From: Desulfobacterales bacterium | GTDB lineage: Bacteria; Desulfobacterota; Desulfobacteria; Desulfobacterales; UBA5616 | Assembly (NCBI GenBank): GCA_046483495.1 | Contig: JAWODC010000049.1 | Span: 1-64,000 of the forward strand | Direction: 5' to 3' | DNA length: 64,000 bases | In this document: one piece after another, positions 29,415 to 38,583 of the stretch | Layout of the letters: each line of letters starts with the position of its first letter | Position numbering within the stretch: the stretch's first letter is position 1 | Program-made: the position numbers and the translations under genes | The notes under the pieces: model-generated | The model's input: the letters and a program-made list of their open reading frames with translations, nothing else | Databases searched by the model: none | What the model was told of the DNA's origin: nothing

Positions 29415-30212
29415 TTATTCTCCCCTGAATACGGGTTTTCGTTTCTCGGCAAAAGCGGCCAGCGCTTCTTTCCGGTCCTTCGTCGGGATGGTTTTCTCAT
29501 AGGCTTCGGACTCGAGGTTCAGTGCCGATTGAAGCGGCATTTCCATCCCCCGGTTAATGGCGTATTTTGCCTGCTGCACGGCTATTGGGCCGTTTGCCAC
29601 GATTTCTCCGGCAAGGGACAGGGCCGCTTCCATGAGATGTTCGGGTTCGATCACCCGGTTTACAAGTCCGATGGCCAATGCTTCGCCGGGTTCGATGCGC
29701 CGGGCGGTATAAATCAATTCCTTTGCCTTCGCCGGTCCGACGAGGCGGGGCAGCCGCTGGGTTCCGCCGCCGCCGGGAATTACGGCCAGGCCGGTTTCCG
29801 GAAGTCCCAGTACCGCATCAGCCGAGGCCAACCTGATATCACATGCCAGGGCCAATTCCGTTCCGCCGCCCAGGGCAAAGCCGTTGATTGCAGCGATGAC
29901 AGGAACACGAACGGATTCCACCGATATCATGGTTTCCCGAATTGCCGCAATAAACCCTTTGACATCCTCTTCGGACATGCTGCGCCGCTCCACGAGGTCC
30001 GCTCCCACACTAAAGGCGGCCTTTTTCCCCGGCGGCGGGTCGGCCCCGGTGATGATGATGACCCGTATCGCCGGGTCGGCGTCTGCCTTCTCCATCATGT
30101 GTTTCAGGGTTTTTACTAAAGCCAGGTTCATGCTGTTCATTGCCTCGGGCCGGTTCAGGGTCAGCACGAGAATGCCGTCTTCACGCTTTTGGGCCAATAG
30201 TGTCTCAGGCAT
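29415..30212 (-). CDS. Enoyl-CoA hydratase, probably methylglutaconyl-CoA hydratase
   Basis: GADLVER, ALGGGTELALACD, PETGLAVIPGGGGTQRLPR; next to HMG-CoA lyase. Confidence 0.85.
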   Translation of the reverse strand: MPETLLAQKREDGILVLTLNRPEAMNSMNLALVKTLKHMMEKADADPAIRVIIITGADPPPGKKAAFSVGADLVERRSMSEEDVKGFIAAIRETMISVESVRVPVIAAINGFALGGGTELALACDIRLASADAVLGLPETGLAVIPGGGGTQRLPRLVGPAKAKELIYTARRIEPGEALAIGLVNRVIEPEHLMEAALSLAGEIVANGPIAVQQAKYAINRGMEMPLQSALNLESEAYEKTIPTKDRKEALAAFAEKRKPVFRGE

Positions 30213-30277
30213 GTAATGTTCCTCCCGTGTGCAGGCGCTTTAACGCAGAGCGTCACCTCGAGTCGGCTGCGCCTGGG

Positions 30278-32233
30278 TCAGTCCTCCGCCAGTTCGGGCA
30301 GGTGGGTAAAAAATTCCAGTGATTCGGGATTGATCAGGGCATCCTTGTTCATCACCGGGCATCCCTCGACGGTTTGTTTTACGGCCAGTTCCACTTTTTT
30401 CATGTTCAGCGTATAAGGGATATCGGGTACGGCCAGTATTTTCGATGGGACATGGCGTGGTGACGCATGTTTCATGATGGCGGACCTGATGCTGCTTTTC
30501 AAGCCATCGTTTAAGGCGCTTTCCTCGGAAAGCTTGACAAACAAAATGACCCGGGTATCGCCTTTCCAGGGCTGTCCGATGACAAGGCTGTCCTCAATTT
30601 CAGTAAACCGCTCCACCTGGCGGTAGATTTCCGCCGTCCCGATGCGGACCCCGCCCGGATTCAAGGTGGCATCCGAGCGTCCGTAGATGACCACACCGCC
30701 ACGGTCGTTTATGCTGATGAAATCCCCATGGCGCCAGGCTCCCGGATACACATCGAAATAGGCGCTGTGGTATTTTTTGCCTTCGGGGTCATTCCAGAAA
30801 TAAATCGGCATCGAAGGGGAAGGTGAAACGCAGACCAACTCGCCGCGGCGGTTTACAACGGAACGGCCGCTTTCGTCGAAGGCATGCACGTTCATTCCGA
30901 GGGCCCTGCACTGAATTTCACCGGCATAAACAGGACCCATGGGATTTCCCGCAACAAAACAGCCGTTTATGTCGGATCCCCCGGAAATGGAGGACAGCCG
31001 GACATCCGTTTTGACGGCATTGTATATGTACTCGAATCCTTCTTCCGACAGCGGACTGCCCGTGGACAAGACGGCTCGAAGGTGAGCCGGATCGTATTCC
31101 CGTCCGGGAAATATTCCCGTATTCTGCAGCGCGTTGATGTACCCCGCGCTCACGCCCATGATGGAAATACGCTCTTCCTGCACCATTCGCCAAAGCGTGT
31201 CGGGCGTCGGGTAAAACGGATTTCCATCATAAAGCACCACGGCGGCCCCCACTGCAAGCGAACTCACCAGCCAGTTCCACATCATCCACCCGCAGGTGGT
31301 ATAATAAAAAATGATATCGTCCTTTTTTAGATCCGTATGCAGCATCAACTCCTTTAAATGGTTGATCAGCACGCCGCCTGCGCCCTGTACCATGCACTTG
31401 GGAAGTCCTGTGGTTCCGGAGGAATACATGATGTAAAGGGGATGTTCGAACGGCAGCTGTTCACATGCGAGCTCGGCGTCGGCAAAATCGTCAATAAACG
31501 TCTCATAAACCAACGCATTGGGAATTTGGCCGATATCCAACGATGTGCCGGTATAGGGGACGACAACGACCGTTTCAATGGACGGCAGCTCTTTTATAAT
31601 GCCGGAAATTTTTTCGAGGGAGTCGAACCGCTTTCCTTTAAACAGGTATCCATCCGCCGTGAAAAGCAGTTTCGGCCGAATCTGAGAAAATCGATCCAGA
31701 ACGCCCTTGATGCCGAAATCCGGGGAACAGGACGACCAGACGGCGCCGATGCTTGTTGCGGCGAGCATGGCAACGACCGTCTCCGGTATATTCGGCATGA
31801 AGCCCACAACACGGTCACCGGGCGTAATCCCAGCGGATTTCAGTGAAGCCGCGAGCCGGGAGACCGCCTCGTAAAGCTCGGCATACGTCATCCGGAACGG
31901 CGGATCGACTTCATTTTTGAAGATAAGAGCCGTGCGGCCGTCCCGATACCGCAGCAGATTTTCAGCGAAATTAAGGCGGGCCCCGCCGAACCACTTGGCC
32001 CCCGGCATCTTTTTTTCATCATCGACAACCGACTGAAAGGGTCGAGACGCAATGATGCCGGAAAAATCCCACATTTCCGACCAGAACGGGGAAATGTGAT
32101 TGACCGACCACTCCCAAAGCTCTTCATAGGAGGTCAGGGTCATGTTATATCGGGCGTTCACGCGCTGCATAAAGGCATGCATGTTTGAAGCCGCTGCTTC
32201 CTCGGCGGAAGGCATCCATAAGCACTTGGCCAT
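30278..32233 (-). CDS. Acetoacetate--CoA ligase
   Basis: RLNFAENLL, SSCSPDFG, YSSGTTGLPKC, TTCGWMMWNW, GRSDATLNPGGVRIGTAE. Confidence 0.93.
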   Translation of the reverse strand: MAKCLWMPSAEEAAASNMHAFMQRVNARYNMTLTSYEELWEWSVNHISPFWSEMWDFSGIIASRPFQSVVDDEKKMPGAKWFGGARLNFAENLLRYRDGRTALIFKNEVDPPFRMTYAELYEAVSRLAASLKSAGITPGDRVVGFMPNIPETVVAMLAATSIGAVWSSCSPDFGIKGVLDRFSQIRPKLLFTADGYLFKGKRFDSLEKISGIIKELPSIETVVVVPYTGTSLDIGQIPNALVYETFIDDFADAELACEQLPFEHPLYIMYSSGTTGLPKCMVQGAGGVLINHLKELMLHTDLKKDDIIFYYTTCGWMMWNWLVSSLAVGAAVVLYDGNPFYPTPDTLWRMVQEERISIMGVSAGYINALQNTGIFPGREYDPAHLRAVLSTGSPLSEEGFEYIYNAVKTDVRLSSISGGSDINGCFVAGNPMGPVYAGEIQCRALGMNVHAFDESGRSVVNRRGELVCVSPSPSMPIYFWNDPEGKKYHSAYFDVYPGAWRHGDFISINDRGGVVIYGRSDATLNPGGVRIGTAEIYRQVERFTEIEDSLVIGQPWKGDTRVILFVKLSEESALNDGLKSSIRSAIMKHASPRHVPSKILAVPDIPYTLNMKKVELAVKQTVEGCPVMNKDALINPESLEFFTHLPELAED

Positions 32234-32360
32234 TTCTCCTCCCTTTTTTTTCTAAGCGTCCTTACACCGCTATGACGGTTTTAAGGCCGGTTGAAACGAC
32301 GAATCACGTATTCTTCGGATCTCGAGGATTAGGCCGAACATCGTCGGCCCTTCGGCCCAA

Positions 32361-33971
32361 TCATATCCGCAGCACCCCATGGGGTGTTTCGGAGAAGTCC
32401 CGGTTCAGAGCGACGGACAGTGAAATGCCCAACACTTTGCGCGTATCGGCCGGATCGATAATGCCGTCATCCCACAACTCGGAAGTGGCGTAATACGCGC
32501 TGCTCTTCTCGAGATAGTCTTCAGCAATGCTCTGATGTATCTGTTGCTCTTCTTTGGCTGACAGCGTCTTTCCCCGGCGCTCCAAAGCTTTCAAACGAAT
32601 CTGGGTCAACGTCTTAACCGCCTGTTCCAGGCCCATGACGGATATCTGGGAATTCGGCCAGGAGAACAGGAACCGGGCGTCATAGGCGCGGCCGCACATG
32701 GCGTAGTTGCCGGCCCCAAAGGAACCGTTTGTCATGATAGTCAGTTTGGGGACATCCAAATTGGCTTGGACCATCAGCATTTTGGCGCCGTCTTTCGTAA
32801 TGCCGCCGTGTTCGTACTCCTTGCCCACCATGAATCCGGTGATGTTCTGCAAAAACAGCATGGGAATCCGGTCACGGTTGCAGAGCTGCATAAACTGCGT
32901 GCATTTTTGGGCACTGTCCGAGAAAAGAACACCGTTGTTGCCGATCACGCCGATTTTCCAGCCGTAAAGGTAACCAAAACCGCACACAGCGGTAACGCCG
33001 TAGTCCGGTTTAAATTCATGAAAGCGGCTTCCGTCGACAATCCTCGCGATGACTTCCCGCATATCGAACTGCTTTTTGACATCATCCGGAATGATGCCGT
33101 ACAGCTCTTCAGGATCATAGAAAGGCTCTTCGGGCTCCCGAAGGTCCACCGCGGCTTTGGCCGGCCTTTCAAATGTCTGGACGATTTCTCTCACCAGCGC
33201 AATACCCTCCTCTTCGGAATCGACCGCATAATCAGCGGTTCCGCTGATGCCGGCGTGCACATCGGCCCCACCGAGCTCGTCAGCCGATACATCTTCGCCG
33301 GTGGCGGCCTTGACCAGCGGCGGGCCGCCGAGGAAAACGCCGCCGGTTTTTCGAACCATCACGGAATAATCGCAAAGGGTGGGAACATATGCACCGCCGG
33401 CCGTGCTGTGGCCCAAAACGAGCGCCACCTGCTTTACCCCCATGGCACTTAGAACGCATTGGTTGCGAAACAGCCGGCCCGCGGAATGATGGCGGTCCGG
33501 AAAAAGCTCTGACTGCATGGGCAAAAAGGCCCCTGCCGCATCGACCAGATGGACCAGGGGCAGCCTGTTTTCGATGGCGATATCCGTCGTGCGCACCATT
33601 TTCTTGGTGGTCAGGGGGTACCATGCCCCGCCTTTTATGGAACTGTCATTTGCCATCACCAGGACTTCACGCCCGCTGACAATGCCGATTCCGGAAACGA
33701 TGCCGGCACCGGGTACGGTACCGTCATATGCCAGACCGGCCGCCAGGGTGGACAATTCCAGAAAAGGGGTGCCATGATCAAGGAGAAGATCGATTCTTTC
33801 CCGGACTCCCAGCTTGTTTTGTCGCCGAAGCCTTTCAATATCCCTTTCGGGGCGATTAAAACGCGCCGCCCGAATACGCCCACGAAGCTCTTCAACCCGT
33901 TTGCGGTTGCAGGCATCATAAGCGCGGAACGTGGCGGAAAGCGGGTCTATGGCGGATTGGATCCGGCGCAT
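32361..33971 (-). CDS. Acyl-CoA carboxylase carboxyltransferase subunit (MccB/AtuC-like)
   Basis: RERIDLLLD, ANDSSIKGG, GAFLPMQ, TAGGAY, GGPPLVKAATGE, GAGNYAMCGRAY. Confidence 0.9.
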   Translation of the reverse strand: MRRIQSAIDPLSATFRAYDACNRKRVEELRGRIRAARFNRPERDIERLRRQNKLGVRERIDLLLDHGTPFLELSTLAAGLAYDGTVPGAGIVSGIGIVSGREVLVMANDSSIKGGAWYPLTTKKMVRTTDIAIENRLPLVHLVDAAGAFLPMQSELFPDRHHSAGRLFRNQCVLSAMGVKQVALVLGHSTAGGAYVPTLCDYSVMVRKTGGVFLGGPPLVKAATGEDVSADELGGADVHAGISGTADYAVDSEEEGIALVREIVQTFERPAKAAVDLREPEEPFYDPEELYGIIPDDVKKQFDMREVIARIVDGSRFHEFKPDYGVTAVCGFGYLYGWKIGVIGNNGVLFSDSAQKCTQFMQLCNRDRIPMLFLQNITGFMVGKEYEHGGITKDGAKMLMVQANLDVPKLTIMTNGSFGAGNYAMCGRAYDARFLFSWPNSQISVMGLEQAVKTLTQIRLKALERRGKTLSAKEEQQIHQSIAEDYLEKSSAYYATSELWDDGIIDPADTRKVLGISLSVALNRDFSETPHGVLRI

Positions 33972-33972
33972 T

Positions 33973-34476
33973 TCAGGCTTCCTCCTCTTTGGCCAGGGTG
34001 ACCAGGACGGCATTTTTGTCAAAGGTTTGCCCAATAGTGAAATGTATCCGCAAAACCGTCCCATTTCGGGGAGCCGATATTACCGTCAGGATTTTCATGC
34101 TTTCGATGGTCATTATGATCTGCCCTTTTTCAACATAATCTCCCGGTGCGACGTTGATTTCCACGACTGTTCCCGGCATTGGGGCCCGGGCCGAATTTTC
34201 CTTAACTCCGGAAGCCTGGACAGCCTGTTCCACCGGGTCTACCACGCGTGCACAAACGGTACGATCGAATGCGTGAACATAAACGGTCTCTCCGCTGACG
34301 GCCAGCCGCATGCAGGCGCGGCTGCTCCCGAAGTGAACGGTCACCGCATCATGTTCATTGCGTTGAATGCCGGCGGATTGAGCCGGTTCATCGGCGATCT
34401 TCAGGCGCCGAGAGCCCGGGGCGCCGAAAGCCGAAACCTCATACCGGTGATTAGAAAGATCGATTCGGCGGCGCAT
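33973..34476 (-). CDS. Biotin carboxyl carrier protein with N-terminal BT-like linker
   Basis: APMPGTV...IESMKI...ISAPRNG (biotin Lys in ESMK). Confidence 0.85.
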   Translation of the reverse strand: MRRRIDLSNHRYEVSAFGAPGSRRLKIADEPAQSAGIQRNEHDAVTVHFGSSRACMRLAVSGETVYVHAFDRTVCARVVDPVEQAVQASGVKENSARAPMPGTVVEINVAPGDYVEKGQIIMTIESMKILTVISAPRNGTVLRIHFTIGQTFDKNAVLVTLAKEEEA

Positions 34477-34477
34477 A

Positions 34478-35956
34478 TCAGTTCCTCCAATCCCCGATGC
34501 CATTGTACGGAAAGGGGGCGGCAAGGTCCGGGTCGATGAAATCACGATGACTGAGGGCTATGGCCGCCAAAATCAGATGCCGTTGCTTCTCTGACAGCGA
34601 AGGCGGCTGCAAATGGTCGGCATTTCTGTGAATGAATCCCGTGTCAATCCGCCCCTCGCAAAATTCAGAATGGGACAGCAGTTGCTTTAAAAAATCGATG
34701 TTGGTGGTCACGCCCAGTACAAGCGTTTGATTAAGGGCTTCTCTAGCGCGATTCAACGCCTGCTCTCGATTCGGACCGTGGACGATCAGTTTCGCCAGCA
34801 TGGGATCGAAGGCGGATGTCACCTTCATTCCCCTGATATAGCCGTTGTCCACGCGTATGCCCTCACCTTTCGGCATTTCGTAGGTCAACAAGCGGCCGAC
34901 CGCCGGGAGGAAATCGTTTTCCGGGTCTTCCGCATACAGGCGCATTTCGATCGCATGACCCATAGATTTTATTTCTCCCTGGTCGAACGGCAGCTTTTCA
35001 CCCCGGCAGATGCGGATCTGCAGTTCCACCAAATCCATTCCGGTCACCATCTCGGTCACGGGGTGCTCCACCTGTATGCGGGTATTCATCTCCAGAAAAT
35101 AGAACCGGCCGTCCGGAGCCAGGAGAAATTCAACGGTGCCGGCATTGCGATAGCCGGATTGTCGTGCAATCGAAACGGCGGTTTCGCAGATGCGTTGCCG
35201 GAGATCGGATGAGAGGCAGGGGGACGGGCTTTCTTCGACAATTTTTTGAAAACGCCGCTGAATGGAGCATTCTCTTTCGCCCAGATGAACGACATTTCCG
35301 AAGTGGTCCGCCAGGATCTGGACTTCGATATGCCGGGGATTGTCGATATAGCGTTCCGCGTATAAGGTGTCATCACCGAAAAATCGTATCCCTTCCGATT
35401 TGGCCAGATGCATGGCTTTTCTTAGTTCGTCCGGACCACTGGCGATATGCATCCCCTTGCCGCCGCCTCCGGCCGCCGATTTGATTAGCAGGGGAAATCC
35501 GATTTCATGCGCCAGGTGGAAAAAGTCGTCTGCCGATTCGTTTTCCGCCGCGGAAGGCGCCAGCGGAAACTCATGTTCAATGCAAAAGGACCGGGCCAGT
35601 AATTTATTGCCCATCAATCGTATGGTTTCGGGCAGCGGGCCGATGAACCGAATGCCCTCCCGGGCAACCCGTTGCGCAAAAGACGGGTTTTCCGCCAGAA
35701 AACCGAAACCCGGATGAACTGCGTCTGCTCGCGTCTTTTTGCAGGCGTCAACAATTTGATCGATATTCAGATATGCCGCCACCGGTGAAGGGCCTTCAAT
35801 CCGGACGGCTGTGGACGCCATTCGAACGGCGGGGGAATCTGCATCCATTTCATGATATGCCAGCACGCCGGAAAGTCCCATTTTATTGATGGTGCGTAAG
35901 ATCCGGCATGCGATTTCGCCCCGGTTTGCCACGAGTATCGTGTTCAGCTGCTTCAT
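34478..35956 (-). CDS. Biotin carboxylase subunit
   Basis: ANRGEIACR, HPGFGFLAEN, GGGGKGM, ERECSIQRR, EMNTRIQVEHPVTE. Confidence 0.95.
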   Translation of the reverse strand: MKQLNTILVANRGEIACRILRTINKMGLSGVLAYHEMDADSPAVRMASTAVRIEGPSPVAAYLNIDQIVDACKKTRADAVHPGFGFLAENPSFAQRVAREGIRFIGPLPETIRLMGNKLLARSFCIEHEFPLAPSAAENESADDFFHLAHEIGFPLLIKSAAGGGGKGMHIASGPDELRKAMHLAKSEGIRFFGDDTLYAERYIDNPRHIEVQILADHFGNVVHLGERECSIQRRFQKIVEESPSPCLSSDLRQRICETAVSIARQSGYRNAGTVEFLLAPDGRFYFLEMNTRIQVEHPVTEMVTGMDLVELQIRICRGEKLPFDQGEIKSMGHAIEMRLYAEDPENDFLPAVGRLLTYEMPKGEGIRVDNGYIRGMKVTSAFDPMLAKLIVHGPNREQALNRAREALNQTLVLGVTTNIDFLKQLLSHSEFCEGRIDTGFIHRNADHLQPPSLSEKQRHLILAAIALSHRDFIDPDLAAPFPYNGIGDWRN

Positions 35957-35979
35957 AGTGCCGGCACCTCCGTTTGAAA

Positions 35980-36531
35980 TTAAAGCGTTCCGACCCAGAA
36001 AACGACCGCGGTTTTTTCCGTCCTGTTTGTAATGACCTGTTTTCGGGGCTCTACCCAGTAATGTGCCGCATCCCCTTCTTTTAAAGTAACCGTCTGATCG
36101 CCGTGCGTCAATTCAAGTGTTCCCTGGATCATGCAGAGCAGCTCCTGACCTGTTTTGATGTTTTTTCGAATGGGAATGGATTTTCCCGGAGAAAGGATCA
36201 AGACGGCGCTGTCCAGAACCGTGCGATTTTCGGGTGGAATAAAGCGCCGTGTAACAAACCCGGCACGGGGGATTTCGACGTCATTAAGATTCGCTTTTCG
36301 AATGACATTCAGCTTCTGCTGGTTTTCAGCCTTATTCAGGAGATCGCCGGCATTGATCCCGATGGCATTGCAGACCTTAATCAAGGTGTCCACCGAGGGC
36401 GAATTGACATTGTTTTCAACCTGGCTGAGAAACCCCTCCGAAATGCCCGCCTTTGCCGCAACGGTTTTAAGGGTGAGCCTTCGATCTTTTCGGTGCCGGC
36501 GAATCATGGGCCCGATGTTCATTGCAACCAT
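35980..36531 (-). CDS. XRE-family HTH + cupin transcriptional regulator
   Basis: LTLKTVAAKAGISEGFLSQVENN..SPSV HTH; C-terminal cupin (LKEGDAAHY). Confidence 0.88.
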   Translation of the reverse strand: MVAMNIGPMIRRHRKDRRLTLKTVAAKAGISEGFLSQVENNVNSPSVDTLIKVCNAIGINAGDLLNKAENQQKLNVIRKANLNDVEIPRAGFVTRRFIPPENRTVLDSAVLILSPGKSIPIRKNIKTGQELLCMIQGTLELTHGDQTVTLKEGDAAHYWVEPRKQVITNRTEKTAVVFWVGTL

Positions 36532-36644
36532 CTCCGTTTTGGGAATATGCCGGTCGGTGTCCGGGCGGAATTGCAGCTTCTACGCATTCCGGGTCGGGTA
36601 TGTATCGATTCACATGACGAACACGAACCTGAGTGATAAAATAT

Positions 36645-36694
36645 TTGACACAGGTAAATATTAGGTATATATAAAACTTGTTCTTTTCTGTCAA
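36645..36694. promoter_or_regulatory. Bidirectional sigma70-type promoter with a shared -10 region
   Basis: Plus strand: TTGACA 36645-50, 17 nt, TATATA 36668-73. Minus strand: TTGACA 36694-89, 17 nt, TATATA 36671-66. Confidence 0.65.
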
Positions 36695-36737
36695 GCAGTA
36701 AATTCCCAGCACATGTGTTTTCAAAGAGAGGTGATCT

Positions 36738-37886
36738 TTGGACTTCGATCTTACCCGAGAACAAGACATGATCCGGAAAGAAGTTCGGAAATTTGCTGAA
36801 GCCGTTATCACTCCTGCGGCAGCCGAACTTGATGAAAAAGAGATGTTTTCATCCGATCTCACCCTGCAAATGGGCGGAATCGGCCTATTCGGGATGGTTG
36901 TTCCCGAGGCCTACGGCGGGCAGGAAATGGATTACCTTTCCTACATCATTGCCGTCGAGGAGGTCGCACGGGTGGATGGATCACAGGCAGCGACCATCGC
37001 GGCGGCCAATTCTCTGGGAATCGGTCCCATATGGATGTACGGAACCGAATCACAGAAACGCAGGTACCTTCCCAAGCTGTGCCGCGGTGAAGGGCTATGG
37101 GGATTCGGTCTTACGGAGCCCTCGGCCGGGTCGGATGCGGGCGGCAGCACCACCACGGCGGTTCGCGACGGCCGCCAATGGGTGCTGAACGGTTCGAAAA
37201 TATTCATCACCAATGCCGCATGCGACCTCTCGATGGGCGTTACGGTTCAGGCCGTCACCGGAAAGCGCCCGAACGGAAAACCGGAATACACGTGTTTTCT
37301 TTTGGAGCACGGCTCACCGGGATTTACGAGCGTTCCAATGAAGGGCAAGATGATGTGGCGTGCCTCCAATACGGCACAATTGTATTTTGACAATGTGCGG
37401 ATTCCGGAGGAAAATATCCTTGGAAACGTCGGGGATGGATTTCACCAGATGCTCGAAACCCTTGACGGGGGCAGACTGTCCATCGGGGCCATGGGACTCG
37501 GAGGCGCCCAGGGGGCTTACGAATCGGCGCTGGCATACGCCAAATCCCGCGTGCAGTTCGGACAACCCATTTGTAAATTTCAAGCCGTGGCATTCAAGCT
37601 TTCCGATTGCGCCCTTGAAATCGAATGCGCCAGGAACGTGCTGTACAAGGCATGCTGGTTGAGAGACAAAAAGCGGCCCTTTGGAAAAATCGCCGCCATG
37701 GCGAAGCTGTATTGCTCGGAAGCCATGGGACGCGTGGTCAATCATGCGGTTCAGATTCATGGCGGCTATGGTCTCTTTCGGGATTATCATGTGGAACGAT
37801 TCTACCGGGACCAGAAACTTCTGGATATTGGAGAAGGAACTTCGGAAGTGCAGCGGATCGTGATTGCACGGCACATCGGCTGCTAA
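36738..37886 (+). CDS. Acyl-CoA dehydrogenase (short/branched-chain; isovaleryl-CoA DH candidate)
   Basis: TTG start after GAGAGGTG; FGLTEPSAGSD, NGSKIFITN, RVQFG, QIHGGYG, IGEGTSEVQR. Confidence 0.9.
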   Translation: MDFDLTREQDMIRKEVRKFAEAVITPAAAELDEKEMFSSDLTLQMGGIGLFGMVVPEAYGGQEMDYLSYIIAVEEVARVDGSQAATIAAANSLGIGPIWMYGTESQKRRYLPKLCRGEGLWGFGLTEPSAGSDAGGSTTTAVRDGRQWVLNGSKIFITNAACDLSMGVTVQAVTGKRPNGKPEYTCFLLEHGSPGFTSVPMKGKMMWRASNTAQLYFDNVRIPEENILGNVGDGFHQMLETLDGGRLSIGAMGLGGAQGAYESALAYAKSRVQFGQPICKFQAVAFKLSDCALEIECARNVLYKACWLRDKKRPFGKIAAMAKLYCSEAMGRVVNHAVQIHGGYGLFRDYHVERFYRDQKLLDIGEGTSEVQRIVIARHIGC

Positions 37887-37902
37887 TACACGTGGAGGTA
37901 AA

Positions 37903-38541
37903 ATGGACAAGAATAACCATAAGCCCCATATCAATGTCGACTATTTCGAGGATTTAACCGGCGAGGTTTCAAAACCCGCCGCCGAACCCGCTCAAGCAAT
38001 CGGTGAACGGATCAGCACCCTCAGAAAGGAAAAGGGCATGTCTCTCGACGAATTGTCACACCTTTCGGGGTTCGATGTCGATTTTTTGTCGGATATTGAA
38101 AAAAGCCGGGTGCAGCCGCAGTTGGGCACCGTAATAAAGCTGTCTAAGGCCCTGGACGAGGCGTTTTCCCGTATTCTTTCAGACGTGGGAGATCAGTTGT
38201 ACTCCATCTCTCGAAAAGGTGACGCCAAACCTGTTGCCGGTTCCACTTCTCGACAGGGGAAAAAACATCTCTACACTTACAAAGGCCTTGCCCCCGAAGT
38301 CAAAGGGCGGCACATGGAAGCCGTGTTGGTGAGGCTGGAAGAAGGCAGGGATGAAGCGGTCTCCGTACACCAGGGAGAGGAATTCGTTTATGTACTGGAA
38401 GGTTGCGTTTATGTGAAACTCGGCGATGAGGAATTCGAGCTGGCCCCCGGCGACAGCATCTACTATCTTTCCACCATTCCGCACCTGCTTTCAGCCGTAA
38501 GTGAAAAAGCCCTCATATTGGCGGTTATCTATATCGGTTGA
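37903..38541 (+). CDS. XRE-family HTH + cupin transcriptional regulator
   Basis: GMSLDELS HTH, PQLGTVIKLSKAL, HQGEEFVYVLEG cupin; GGAGG RBS. Confidence 0.9.
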   Translation: MDKNNHKPHINVDYFEDLTGEVSKPAAEPAQAIGERISTLRKEKGMSLDELSHLSGFDVDFLSDIEKSRVQPQLGTVIKLSKALDEAFSRILSDVGDQLYSISRKGDAKPVAGSTSRQGKKHLYTYKGLAPEVKGRHMEAVLVRLEEGRDEAVSVHQGEEFVYVLEGCVYVKLGDEEFELAPGDSIYYLSTIPHLLSAVSEKALILAVIYIG

Positions 38542-38583
38542 ATGTCCGAGTGGTCAACAGATAAGGGGATTGGAGGCAAACCG

